DNA of 64,000 nucleotides from Syncephalis fuscata S228 (Eukaryota; Fungi; Zoopagomycota). The position numbers were made by a program, and so were the translations under genes. The stretch spans positions 1 through 64,000 of the forward strand of contig JAHLTZ010000022.1 in the NCBI GenBank assembly GCA_025786725.1, read 5' to 3'. Shown here one piece after another: positions 14,701 through 28,542 of the stretch; positions within the stretch are counted from its first letter, which is position 1, and every line of letters starts with the position of its first letter. A model generated the notes under the pieces. It was not told the origin of the DNA. It searched no databases and saw only the letters and a list, made by a program, of their open reading frames with translations.

Positions 14701-15703
14701 GCAGGTAAACGAATGGTCATACTATTCGTATTAATAATGAACAAAAATACTAATGATTTATCTAATATTGATATCTATAGTATTTTGCGGTCTACTGTTC
14801 TACAATGTTACAAATGACATATCTGGATTCCAGAACCGTATGGGTCTATTCTTTTTCGTTTGTGCTTTATTCGGCTTTAGTTGTTTAACATCATTGCAGG
14901 TAAATTAATTTAACATTTATTAATACTGATACTAACATTGATCATCTATTTATATATAAATTGCTAAAATTAGGTATTTTCAGCAGAACGTATACTGTTT
15001 GTACGTGAACGGGCCAATGGCTACTATGCACCTATTACCTATTTTGCCGCCAAGGTTCTATTTGACATTATTCCATTACGTGTTGCACCACCTGTCCTGC
15101 TTGGTCTTGTTGTTTATCATATGGTTGGCCTAGTACCTGGAATAAGTCACTTTGCCAAGTTCCTGCTTGTACTCGTTATATTCAACTTGACCGCAGCCAG
15201 TATCTGTTTATTGCTAGGCGTGCTGTTCAAGGATATATCGATTGCCAATTTACTGGCCAGTTTAATGATGTTGTTTAGTATGCTTTTCGGCGGTCTACTA
15301 CTCAACAAAGGCAAGTTAATTGCTTGATTAATTGATTCAAATAGTTATAACTCTGTTTTATTATTAGATTCAATTCCCATGTATCTACGCTGGCTTAAAC
15401 ATTTATCTTTTTTTAATTATGCATTTGAAGCGCTAATTGTTAATGAGATGGTCTATTTACAACTAACGGAAAAGAAATATGGTCTAGAGATCGATGTAAG
15501 TCTTAGTATTATTATTATTTAAATAATAACAATAACAATACAATTTATAAATGATTAAGGTGCCTGGTGCCACTATTTTATCAACATTTGGATTCGATGC
15601 CTCTGCATTCTGGCCTGATGTTATTAAACTAAGCGTGATGTGTGCTAGTTTCTTAGTAGCTGCTTACTTTGGTCTACTAATACTGGTGCGAGAACGTCGT
15701 TGA
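11719..15703 (+). CDS. ADP1: ABCG half transporter with N-terminal EGF-like Cys-rich domain (ADP1 family)
   Basis: Signal peptide; [10 protein letters not shown] and [15 protein letters not shown] motifs; Walker A GASGAGKT; signature [16 protein letters not shown]; LFLDEPTSG; ABC2 membrane exons; ends ...VRERR TGA at 15701-15703. Apparent frameshifts at ~13970-14420. Confidence 0.93.
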
Positions 15704-16682
15704 TCTACATTTGCTTACACTCGATACTTGCTCAATAATCTTACCGTTCATTTAAGCATGTATACATTTATTGCGTAGTTATATACACATAAAATATACC
15801 ATTTGATTAAATCAAAAATAATTATCGTGTTGATTAATATAGTTTGTGGGTATTTAGATGTGAATAGGCGTATAAGCCAAGTGTTTGTTTCGATTAAATG
15901 TATTATTCCAATAAAGAAAAGAGATCAATTATCCTTATTATATATGTATGTATAGATATAGATATGGTATATACCATTAATGACTGATGTTTTATGCAAC
16001 GTGCGAAAACCAACTGTTACTATAATCAAATAAAAGGGATGAATTGTTCGCTTGCTGCCGAACTAACGCAATATAGATCGCGTACAAGTCTGCCAGTCGG
16101 GTCGCTTAATAGAGGGACTACAGGATAGTATGCAGATAAAGAGAGTAGACATGGCCAACAAGCATAGTGAATGTTTCATAAAAACACGATACACAAATAG
16201 AGTTAATTAGTCGCGATAAAATTAGATGAAAATTACTACTGTTATGTCAGTAACAACAACAATGACAACATAACAATAAGAACGACAGCGACAAGCATAA
16301 CAACCATAACAGCAATACCCATAACAATAGCAACAAAAAAGTAATAATAGAGGCGGCGACGACGACGACGGAGTATTAAACTAATAAAAAATGATGTGCA
16401 ACAAGCAGGCAGCATCAAGAAAAATGCTGAAGGCAAAATAACGAACAAAAAGGAGAAATAACAACGACAATGGCAGCAATGCCATATGGTACAAGGTATG
16501 TTTTTGTTGTTTACGTGCTAATTAGCGAATAAAGCGTTATTGTATAATGATATAACTGTATTAATATTATCATTATTCACAATATATCGCTGCAATCCAT
16601 TAATTAACACCATCAAAGGGCTGGTAAACAATAAGTTGAAATAATAACATCCATGTCACCATTGGCGATGGTCGGTATTGTC

Positions 16683-18413
16683 CTAGGCGGCGTCTATAGG
16701 TGAGGTAGCAGTAGAAGTATTGCCACTACCTTGTGTTGTTGGTCGTTGAAGCGATCCACTATTTGCATCGCCGCCATTGCTATTGTGCGTAGGCGGTAAA
16801 TGGACATTGGGTACACGGGAATTGGGCGTATTCGAAGGCTCGTTCTCGACACGCATCATTTGCATTGTGTAGACAGAGCTGCCCCATTTGTCATTACTGT
16901 GTCTTCTCCTACAATGGCGCTTCGATCGATGGCGGCCAAATCAATAAAGCTTCGTTCTTCCAATTGTTGTTGTCGTTTCGCTTTCGTGTAGTCGTACACG
17001 GTAAATCGATCCTCCATGGCGCGTTGTTCTTTGGTAAGTTCGGGCATTGGCTGACCTGGCTTGGGCTTTTGTCGTTTGCGTACTTTTAGCGGATTGTCTT
17101 CAAGTAGTAGCTCTTCTAGTTCGTGGGTGGCATCAAAGTTGGCATGCTTTGAATCGGGAATAAATGGAGCTTTTGCCGTTTTATTTTCAAGCTCATCCCA
17201 AACAATTCCCTCAAACCATGGATGGTTTTTAACACCATTAAATCCATCTGCATTGCAGCCAAGACGCTTTGTAATATCACGTGTACAAAAGCCTTGAATT
17301 GCTTGCATACACGCGGCCGATACACGATCCTCAGCATCGGGTGGGAAACGAAGATCATCGTGCAGAATAGCTTGGGTAAGTGCGCTATTCGTTTTGCCGC
17401 GGAATGGGCGCTACAATATGGCCATCAATTAGTATTACACATTGTAGATGGTCTACACAAACACTTACCTTGCCAAATAACAGCTCGTACACTACAACGC
17501 CAAGTGACCACCAATCAACGGTGGCAAAGTATCCCTTTTTACGCAAAACTTCGGGTGCCATATAAGCCATCGAGCCAGCGACCGCAGTTAATGGCTTCGT
17601 CTCGTTGTACTGTACCGCGATGTTAAAGTCTGTCAAATGAGCATGACCATCGGCGTCAAGTAGCACGTTGTCCGGCTTCAAGTCACGGTGTACAACTCGT
17701 TTTGAATGAAGGCAGTTCAAGCCGAGTGCCACTTCAGCACACCAGAAACGCACGTATTCCTCGGGCATGCCGCCCTGACGACGGTCAAGATGAAAGCGTA
17801 AATCACCGCCCAACATCAAATCAAGCACCATAAACAGATTTTCATCGTCTTGGAATGCAAATCGCAAGTTACAAATTAATGGATAGGTAATTTCTTCTAA
17901 TAGTCGGCGTTCTTGAATAATATTTTCTACCGCGCGCATCTTGATACATTTCGCTTTATTAATGTATTTAAGAGCATAATTTCGCTTGTCCCGTTTATGC
18001 TGAACAATTCGAACCTAATATTGCGCGTGTATCATTAGTACAACTTGATTAGTCGGCCAATAAACGCTGTCATAGTATTGTGTATACCAATGACTGTCTA
18101 TTATCTAAATTAAGCGCTTACCTTGCCGAAAGCGCCTTTGCCCACCGATCTTAAAAGGTGGAAATGAGCCAATTCAACTATAAATGCAAATATTGTTAGT
18201 TTGTATTGCAAATAAATAACAGTTTGCATCTATCGACATCTACTCGATAGCATAATGGCCATTTGTACCGTCATATCAACATGGCTGGCATTATTGCCCC
18301 CTCTTCTTCCCCTTATGTTCATTGTAGATTTTGCACTGTTGCCTGTATCGCCTTGACTTACCTTCAACATTATCGTAGTCGATTGGCTCCTCTCTACAGC
18401 ATATTACACCCAT
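16683..18413 (-). CDS. AGC Ser/Thr kinase, YANK/STK32-like
   Basis: Start MGVICCREEPIDY; GKGAFGKV; HRDLKPDNVLL; LTDFNIA (DFN is typical of YANK); GSMAYMAPE; NFDATHELEELLLEDNPL tail. C-terminus ends at 16856 or, across a likely frameshift, 16683. Confidence 0.9.
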
Positions 18414-20378
18414 TCTGACAGCTTACGCACCGGAACAGGTTTAAATAAAACAAATAGGTAACTATTCGAAATAGTAGATGAGCGTGTTTAAATGATAAGA
18501 ACTGGTTAGTATAAATGATTTGCTAATTGTCAGCGTTGATTGTAGAGAAAGAAAAGTCACGCTTGTAAAATACGCTAATGCAGTAACAAGCTGGATGGTC
18601 AAACGGCCGTACAACACAGCGTGGATGTAAAACAAGACTACACCAAACGAACAAAGGAGCGAGCAAGTGTATATGTATGCGAACGTAATTTCACTGCAAT
18701 ATAATAAATCACAATACAAAGCGTAAAGTTTGACTGGTGTTTAAAGAAGGAGGCGAAAAGGAATCAAAGATGGCGGCAGTGGTAGCTGCAACAAAAACAA
18801 CAACAAAAACGACGAAAATACGATAAAACAACTGCGTGAGCAAGTGTAATAGTCGTAAGTAGCAAAGTAATGGTTTGCAAGAAAAAAGGGGATGTATTTC
18901 AGTGCTGTTGTCAAATAACGAGCATATGCTCCCGTACACCTCCGTACACAGACACGCGTGAGCTGATATAGCTGGGCAGATAGTAAGAAAATAATTCGGA
19001 GGTAGGAACCAACGAATAGGCCGCGGAGTAACTAATAGACCACAAGTGGGAATAAACTTCGAAAAAGGTGAGTAGCTAGCGGTGTAGAGTCGCCGTATGT
19101 GGATATGCGTGGATGAAAGCGGATAGTTTACGAATGATGAAACATGCAAAGAAAGGAAAAAGTCGGGGCCACAGCCAATGTTTTTTACACCACTGCAGTA
19201 GTCTAGTCAGGCGAACGCGATGCTTTGTGAATGGTTCGTACATATAAAGCTGCGGCACATTTAACAGCTGCCAAGGCCGTGCAAGTACATAGATAACCGT
19301 GCGCATTTGTATGTCTAGCAGTCGATATATACATACTGCAACATCATATATACGTTTGTTTACAAAGCAGATATTACGATGAGACATCCGTTAATTCAAA
19401 GCAGTACTTACAAAGAGATTCATACACTACTGTGGACTACAACTAACTATAAGGAGCTATTAAGTGTCCGACAACGTCAGACGCTGTCGTAGATGCGTAA
19501 GTGTATTTAGAAACAAGGGAGCAATAAAGATGAGAATGTGTGTGTGTATATATGTAAGAAAAATGAACAAAACGGGTAAAGTGGCTGATACTTAATAATG
19601 ATTTAAGCACTACAGCACAAAGAGAGAGAGAGACACACCTACGGAACCAGTCACTAATAATAAAGAGAAAAGTATATTAAAGAGAATGAAGTGATATGAA
19701 CTGATAGCTGAGTAGCTGGGTGGTTGGTTAAATGGCTGACTGCAAAGCCGGTTTACTTTGTGTAGTAATATTGATGGTGGTCGGACTCGTGACTATACAT
19801 CATAGCTATTATTGCTACTGTCCGTGCCGGTTGGCTCCCTTAGACTATGTGGACGTCAGTCTCATCTCTCCTAGTGTATATCATGGATTGGCACGATATG
19901 CAGTTGGGTGTTCTACTACTATATCCATTGCCTAAAACAGTGATAGACACGTGGTAGCGTAGAGAAACAAGAAATGTAGCATTTGTTACTTCAGCTCTAT
20001 CGTTCATTTAACGTGTGCACACAGTTAGACTATTGCTTGATAGTTTATTGTAATAACGGCATGATCATTGCTAACAGCGTGGTCATAAATAACAGCATGT
20101 ACCCCACAACACATGTTGTTTTATAATGCCTATGCTATTAGCAATGGCCATGTTGTTTTTCCAATGGATCAGGTAGGCGGATAACGAACAAGGAGTAATT
20201 GACTTTGTCATAATGATTATTGCCGCTATTGTTGTTGCTATTACTATTGTCGTTGTTTGTTGTTAATGTTATAAAATAGCAGATTTATTAAATACTAATT
20301 GTTAAACAAATACATATTAATAGTAGTAATAAATAGTATAAAATCACAATTATACTATAGACTAACAAGTACAGCATT

Positions 20379-21334
20379 TCATTTTGATAGCTTAGCAATA
20401 CGTTCTTCAAGTAGTGCTTTTTGTCCTTTCCAACCAAGTTCCTTGGCACGTTGACGAGCAACCTTTAGTGCTTGACTTGCTTGCATGTCTGAATGGTTCA
20501 ACCTGTGGCTCGCCCATTTAACCTGCTGTTTAACACGCCAGTACTGCACGCCTGCACCTACTAGAGCGATAGCAAGCACGATGAATCTAAATCTTTCGTT
20601 GCTTGTGTAGCGCGGCGGATGTTGTTCCCCTCCGTTTGCCGGTCGATAGCTGTTGAAATTTAATCCTGCATCATGGCGATAGGATGGATCGTGTGGATTG
20701 TAAGAATGGCGACTAACAAAGGCGCTATAGGCTGAGAATGGACCAATCCCGTTGGTGCGTTGCGAGCATGCTGGTGACACCGCCAGCGGGCACCTGCCGT
20801 GGCATTCATACTGCTGCTTTGATGCTTGCCGCTGAATTTGATGTGCACGTTCATAAGCATGCTGTACTGCAATAAACGATGCATCATTTGCTACTATGCT
20901 GCTACCATCGTCTTCTTTGGCAGTTCCCGCATATTCATGGTCGCTTGTCTATCTGGATGCGATTCCAAGCATCGTGCATAGTATGCACGCTTTAGCTGAT
21001 GACGTGTTGCTGTGGGTGCCACTTTAAGAAGAAAAAATGGACAATCTATATTGTTGTTAGGTGTTGAGCAGCCACAACTTTCGTCAGTTGTATTAGCAGT
21101 AGTAGAAGTAGCAGCAGTGGAAGCAACGTGATTGGTACTTAGATAGTGACGAAAGACAACATTATTGGTAAGTCCATACATATTTAGCGGATATCTATGA
21201 TCAGCGTGGTGCAATCCTATTCTGCCGTGATAGGTCGAAATGTATCGGTTTGAGTTGTAAAGTAAATTTATTTTAGTGCCAATTGGCAGGCATGCCCTCG
21301 CTCGCACGAAACTAACCAGCACGTGGTTCAACAT
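20379..21334 (-). CDS. J-domain (DnaJ) protein, probably mitochondrial, with C-terminal TM helix
   Basis: LKRAYYARCLESHPD then, after a frameshift near 20920, FIAVQHAYE; TM FIVLAIALVGAGVQYW; Arg-rich presequence-like N-terminus. Confidence 0.75.
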
Positions 21335-21728
21335 GGCTGTGAGTGTTGCTGCATAGACTACAGAGGGAATGAAAAGAGGAAGAACGGCGGAAAGAGGAAG
21401 GCGCAAAATAATACATGGGAATAGTTGCTAACCGAACTATGCAAGGTTTCATATAGGCTTGGTAAAATAACTGAAGGAATAATAAGCAACTCAGGGACTT
21501 GGTATTTTATCTATATTTATTAAAATGCTATGTGACATGAATAAACAAAAATACAATAATATTAATGTTATTATACACTACATATCCTAATCATATAAAA
21601 TAAAAATGTGCTATGCGATTTCTTGTTTATTTGCTTTTTATAGGGACGCGTCACGTATTTTATTAAATAGTTACTGATACACTAACTGATAACTCACAAA
21701 TTGGATCAACAAGTAAAGATGCATCAAT

Positions 21729-22715
21729 TCATTTATACATATAGGTTGTAGCTATTCTGATTACATCAAATACATTGCGGGTAGTTGTTTGATCCTCAAT
21801 CGATACATTGGCCGCTGATGTAGGTTTATTACATAGACTTGTATCCTTATGTGATTGCGATAACATGTGTGGCTTGTATATGCTATTTACGAGCAATGAA
21901 CTCGTCACTGCCCTATATTCTTTAATTTAGTATTTTACACGTATAAATTATTTAATTTTTATTTACCAGTCAACGATATACAATAAATTGCTAAATTCTA
22001 TAGGTACATTGTTGCATTGATGAAAGAACATGTCATATTCGATTCAATTACCAATAGCATTGCAATCACGCCATCTTTTGCCAGTTTTTCCAGCAATATT
22101 CGTAATGTCGCTTATAATGACAATAGACCACCATGCTAAATATTATAGTAAATATAATATTAGATGGAAGGTTGAGAAATAGTTGAATGTACAAATGTAC
22201 TTTGGATATTCAATATGACATTCATAAGTTTCACTAAATTCGAAAGTTGATAATAATGTATAGTAGTTATGCATGTAGAACCAGAAATACCAAGCAGTAT
22301 GATATCTAATACCAAAAATCATATTGAACGACTACATGCAAGAGAAGCACATTCAAATAGTACAATATTACGAATGCTAGTGAAAACACTACTTTGGCCA
22401 TTAAAGCCAAGCTAACGTATAACAAGATAGAACACCTAGTGTAATATATGAAAAAACAATAGCTACAAACAGCAGTACACAGTTAAACTTATAGCTAAAC
22501 AGCACCATGATGCAATTTGCGAGAACAAGCAATTACTACATATACAGCGCGATAAGTATTTCGTAGAAAACAGAGACTAGTATTACGCCAGATAATATAT
22601 GCTAATTATTTGCTATATATCGTTGCCTTAGCAAATTTGCTTTATTGTGTGCTTTCCATACAAAGCCAATGCTGTCCAAGGCTTTTAATAAGTTATGTTG
22701 CATCATGCTATTCAT
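21729..22715 (-). pseudogene. Decayed multi-pass (7TM/GPCR-like) membrane protein gene
   Basis: Manual translation gives successive hydrophobic segments (HILSGVILVSVF; NIIFTIIFSMVVY; DGVIAMLLVI; AVTSSLLV), an intron at ~21915-21966, an in-frame TAG at 22602-22604 and several frameshifts. Confidence 0.5.
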
Positions 22716-23568
22716 ATTAAAAGCTAACTTTGAAAAAACAATCCGGTATAGTATTGGTATATGCTATGAAAAGGAAAACATTGCAAAAATATTGAAAATG
22801 GTCATAGTGAATAAGCTGATGAAAATTTAAAAGATGCATGATTGATATGCAAACAGATTTAGGTAAATGCATATTCTATAAAGTAAGGCATTCCAGGTCC
22901 AATGTCCAAACCGTGTAAAATAAATGCGTTGATTCTAGAGTAAAAAGCACAATTTTGGCCAAGCCTCGATATTAAGCTACAGTATAAGGTAAATGATTTT
23001 GTTATCATTAAAACATGCCGTTTAAAATATAACTACGTTATATAGATAATCAGCTTTCTAATTAGTTATCTATATATTTCGTAATTATTTCAAAGCTTAT
23101 GTCATATACATTCTGAACATGTATATGTAGTGTATCTTTCAAAGACCATTAAGCCTCTGGACTAGTAATCTAATTGTATCAGTAATTTGCCATATACATA
23201 CTATGTATTATATTACCGCAATAATGCTATTGCCACTATTACGACATTATCATCGTATTGCTATGCTCAGATGACCAGAAAATACACTGTTAATCGAACT
23301 ATTACATTTATCATGTGATCAGTTACATTATTAATACAGTGGATATTAATACTAATTGCTAACAATAAGCAACTATAAAGAATATATCAAATTAAATACC
23401 ATATTAAATTATGCATATAAAAGCAGACTGTTTTACAAAAAAGCAATTGCTAATATTGCACTATTTAATCCAGATGCATTCTAGCTGCAGCTCGTTGCAT
23501 TATTCTATTTAATTCAAAGACCCCCTTTTGCTACAAGTAACTACTTCATTTTTAGTCATATTTCCAAG

Positions 23569-25157
23569 ATGGTTACACATGATAATTATGCGCTGCCAAA
23601 AATATGGCTAACTGTTGAGACAGTTCAGCATATATCGCTGTTAAACGGAATTTCCGCGACAGTCGCTTTGGCACGTACTTGTAACATACTGTATGGCTCT
23701 ATCATAAGCTGCAATTGCCTATGGAACGAATTGTACCAGTAAAATTTTCTTGTGATATTGATACGGATATTGAATGGCTACAGTGGCAATTAAAAAAAAG
23801 CAAACAACATCAAAGGAAGTAACTGACGCTGAAAACAAAATTGTACCAAATTGCCTTGGTTTCAACGATATAAACATCGTATCAAACTGGGCATTAATTG
23901 GCAAAATAACAAGCCAAATTTAACAATTCATCCAAACTCATTTATAATAGGTAAACTAAAAAAAACAAGGTATCAATCGTAGTGAAATTGTAGCAGGCTG
24001 TTTTGGCTGGATTGCAATAGCAGATTGTACTAAACTTCTTGTTAATTTGTTTAAACTTTCTACAAAGAACGCGTCTAAAATGCATTCATTAGGTCTGGAT
24101 AAACACCGTTTCATTAGAATAGAAAATATAAAGTTTTATTAATGCCAACAGCAAATAAATGACATAGATGAAGGCATGTGTGTAATTATACTTTTAAAAC
24201 GTCTTGGAAGTGCCATTGATGTACTTCAGATATGGAATGCAAATAATTGTCAATTACTGCCGTCTATCGATATTGATAGTTACTGGGATAGCATAATTAT
24301 AAACGCACCTTTATTAATTTCAAGATCACGACTCATTGTTTCATCCAACCACTTGCAACTTTTTTTCTATATTCAACTAGTCTATAGTATTTTCTCAACA
24401 ATGCAATCGGGTAAACCTCAATCCATTATTCTTCAAAATGCAAACAGCACCTATGATTACAGGATACATACGACAAATAACAATAAAGCAATTTTTATAC
24501 AGTGCTACAATAGTGATACTGAGCTCAATTATAAAATTATCCGCGTGCTATTGACGTCTAATACAAATTTGGAGATAATTAGCGATGACATTGCGCAAAC
24601 GACTACGATTGCCTTGGATCGTATAAAAATCCCCAGTCATAAGAACAATTGAAGCTCAGAATTTATTCAATTGACTGCGATCGTATGTTAGTTTACTGCA
24701 ATATTCTCGTAATTGATGAAACTTTAAATGGCAACGTAGAAAAATGGCAACACTACATTAGAGTAATATCTTTAAGTAAAATGTTATTTTTGAATGTAAC
24801 TATCCAGTAAATTTTATGAAAATCCAATTTAATTTCAGCACATAATTTGGCTGCATTTTATTTGCTCGACAATTCGCTAATAACTATTGTTTCGCCATTG
24901 AATGGAGAAATTCTGCATGAAATCAATGTAATGGGCTTGAGCGAGGAGATTCATTTACCTGGGCATATTATGGCACAAAGATTGCCGTTTATAATCATCC
25001 CAATGGCCGTTGTGTTATTGATGCTGTAACAGGCGATTTAACCATTCATCAGTTTCCAGTGTCAAAGATATACTGTTTTAAAGTTATATTTGGGCACATG
25101 CTACTGATGAATAATGAAAGCTGCCTTATTACCAGCTTTGTACCTGAGTCTATTTAA
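23569..25157 (+). pseudogene. Decayed intronless F-box-like protein gene
   Basis: MVTHDNYALP...VALARTCNILYGSIISCNCLWNELYQ then TAA at 23740-23742; downstream fragments (24176-24652, 24847-25029) and total length resemble the intact F-box gene at 48606. Confidence 0.6.
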
Positions 25158-25482
25158 TTTGTTTGGCTAATCTCCAACGTGTTATTATTGCAATCATTAT
25201 TTATAATAAATTAGATTAAAGCAAACTATAGTGTGATAAGGACTTTGAACAAATAACGGTAAAACAGTACTAACGTGAAAGCCAGTACTCCATTAAGAGA
25301 TGGGCAATCATGTGTGTACTGAGCACATGTTACTCGTGTATCCTGAACATAGAAATGTCGTATCCTTTTAAGGCCGATGGCCAGTCGAACTCTTAGCCAA
25401 ACTCGCAGCATTTCTTAGTCATATTTTATTACTCTTTAACAGCAGTAACAGTACCAGTACTAGCACTTACTACTGCCACATT

Positions 25483-26855
25483 ATGGGTATTATTTATTTG
25501 CTAACTGGGCTTCTTGCTATGGTAGTGGCTATAGCTATTTGTTTGGCTCTACGTGCACCAGCACTTTCTGGAAAACTAGTCGATTTACGTACTGTATATC
25601 GCAATGCTTCGCCTGAAGAGCGAGCTTTAATGCCATATCCTGAAGATTTCTATTCTGGTAAGTAATACACAATTGAAAGATATTAGATTATAAATAGCGT
25701 ACGTTACTGATACTAGGTGGAGCTTACGTTACTCTGGAACATGGCGATGTTCGATATTATTTGCTTGGACCGGAAGATGGCCGAAAAGTATGTGCTTGCA
25801 ATTAATATAGCCATATCAGTTTGCTAACTCTGAAGTTAGATCGTTTTGGTTCACGGCTTACAATGGCCATGTACCGTATGGGAATTTGCAGTAAAGGATC
25901 TTGTTATGCGTGGCTATCGTGTACTTACTTACGGTAACTAGAACTATTCATTTACCAGATCAATCATTAACAACTAACCAATGCCCAGATAACTATGGTC
26001 GTGGTTATTCGGATGGGCCGGCTGTTGTCAATGATGAATTGCTATATACACACCAGCTATATCAATTGCTTGAACATCTTGGCTGGACACACACGCTGCT
26101 TATTGGCTACTCGATGGTCGGTTAATTTCGTTTATTCCCGAGAACGTGCAGCTTAATGTAATTTCATTTAGGGCGGCGCTATTGCTACAGCATTTACGCA
26201 AAGTTATCCGAACTTGGTAGAGCGTTTAGTGCTGATTGCACCCGGCGGCTTGATAGGTGCAAAATTTGATGGTATCAACACGGATAGTACTAGTTCTAAA
26301 AATGCCACTAAGCAAAATAACGTACCAGCTATTGCTCGTATTGCAAAGCACCCGCTTCTACTCTCCGTATTAATGGGTGCTATGTCAATGGTAAGTCTTA
26401 TCAAATATTTAAACTTGTAATATAATTGTCTAATTGGTTCTTTTTATTCATTATACAGAAATGGCTAAATAAAAAAGCAGCTCCATCGCCAGATGACACA
26501 TCAAGCATTATTAATTATCAAATGGTTCATTGTCCCGCCACTGTCCGCGCCATCGCTTTAAGTCTACGCGATTTTCCATTTTTTAGTCAGAATGCTGCGT
26601 ATCAAGCACTTGGCCGCTTAACCAACATTCCCGTTCTTGTCTTTTGGGTCAGTAGATAGTCTGGAAGTTGAAGATCACATAATTGAACGATTACTTTAGG
26701 GCACAAAAGATACTATTGTACCGTATACTGGTGCTCCTGTTCTAAGCGCGTATGTGCCCCACGCACAACTTGTCACCATTGACGACGGCACGCATCTCAT
26801 AACACGCTCGCACCACGATTTTATTATAACATCGCTAGATAGTTTCTTTCAATAG
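25483..26855 (+). CDS. alpha/beta-hydrolase with N-terminal membrane anchor
   Basis: YYLLGPEDG, VLVHGL, DNYGRGYSD, nucleophile GYSM|GG, WGTKDTIVP, DGTH; canonical introns; TAG 26853-26855. Confidence 0.88.
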
Positions 26856-26864
26856 TCACGTGAC
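26855..26864. promoter_or_regulatory. Palindromic E-box GTCACGTGAC ~170 bp upstream of the second hydrolase
   Basis: Perfect 10-bp palindrome matching the Cbf1/bHLH consensus; function untested. Confidence 0.35.
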
Positions 26865-27035
26865 AACGGTAACTGACTTGCCGAAATGCTTAATAAGTGC
26901 GAGTCAAGGGACTAATAATTCTCCGCACTATTCTCGGTATAGTAAGATAAAAGCGACATAACGCACGAACAAATAAACAGCAATATATTCTTTATTTTCT
27001 TTGTTGTCTATTGTCATTACTACCATACTATAACT

Positions 27036-28468
27036 ATGGACCAATTTACTATTGATCACCATGTATTATCGGCCTCTGGTAACGAGGATTTGCAGCTTGC
27101 TGTCAATGTATATACACCGCGTTCCTCAGAGCCTGTTGTAGACGTTATCTTGGCTCACGCCAATGGCTACCACAAAGAGCTATGGCATCCAGTTATTAAG
27201 CGCCTTGGTCATGCAAAAGCACGTTTTGTTGCCTATGACATTCGTAACCAAGGAGATAGTGCCGCGTTGAATGCAGGCAGGTTCGGCAAAGATGACTGTA
27301 AGTATTAAAATAGAATAAATAAAAAAACGCGAGAATCAATAATGTTTATACAAAATGCATACTTATTAAACAATTGTACTAATGGCAAAATAACTAGTCC
27401 GGTGGACACAAAATGTTGCCGATATTCAAACAATAATCAAACAATTGAAACTACACAAGCCGATACTCGGTATAGGACATTCAATCGGTGGAGCCACTGT
27501 GTAAGTGTAATATGACATAATATAATAATAATAATAATAAAGGCTATTTTGTATAGACTTTCTTTGGAAGAAAATTCACCTGGCACTTTTGATCGTGTAA
27601 TTTCAATTGATCCGGTGTGTAGTCCATTAGATGCAGAAAATCCCATGTACCAAGCAATGACTAATTCGTTGGTCAGTCGATCAAGTACGCGTCGTTTCCA
27701 ATGGATGAACCGGTGAGTTGACAGTACAGCCATTGATACTCTTTTATTTTACAACTTTATTAATTTGTTAAATTACATGATCTGTACATGATTAGTGAGG
27801 AGGCAAAACAGGCTTTCCTAAAACGAGCCTTCTTCAAAGTATGGGATGAAGAGGTGCTTGATCTACATTTGGTAAGTTGTACTAAACATCTTTACTATTA
27901 GCTAATTCACTTGTTCGGTTATTATAGGAGTATGGACTAAAGGAGAACCCGGTCACGGGAGAAGTTACACTGAAATGCACTCCTGAACAGGAAGTGGTAG
28001 GTGTTATAGTACAAATAGACTACATTTATGCTAACCACTAGTTTAGAATACTTTTATAGGCAACAATATATCGAAACAAGCACACGATGACCTGCCAAAG
28101 ATCCAATGTCCCGTACTATTTATTGGTGGTCAAGACTCGGAATACAAGTAAGTACGAACATTGGCAGTGACAGTAAATTAATCACATTTATTATCTAGTC
28201 CACCAGAGAATACCGAGAACAATGCAAAATCATGCAAATATGGTCGTTTAGTCATGCTTGATGGTGTGGGCCATTTGGTAAGTAGCAATTTTATTAGTTT
28301 ATATCCAACTAATAATTATAATATTTATAATAATAGGTACCTATGGAACAGCCCAAGATCGTAGGTAAGTTTATTTAATAATAAACATCTCACTTGCTAA
28401 TTGTAATCTATCTAGCTGACTATATATTTGAAGATATTAAAACACTTCAAAGATCGGCAAAGTTATAA
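27036..28468 (+). CDS. Peroxisomal alpha/beta-hydrolase (Abhydrolase_6, Lpx1-like)
   Basis: AHANGYHKELW, DIRNQGDS, GHSIGG, GHLVPMEQP; C-terminal ...RSAKL* (PTS1), TAA 28466-28468. Confidence 0.85.
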
Positions 28469-28542
28469 ATAAAGACAATTGTTAAATGAAATAGTTTACT
28501 GATTGTAATCCGTATATAAGAATCATCAACACTACTAATAGA

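Noticed and set aside
19469-19489. Imperfect palindrome cgacaacgtc-a-gacgctgtcg
   Set aside because: Only 10-bp arms with a mismatch; could be chance, no other support.
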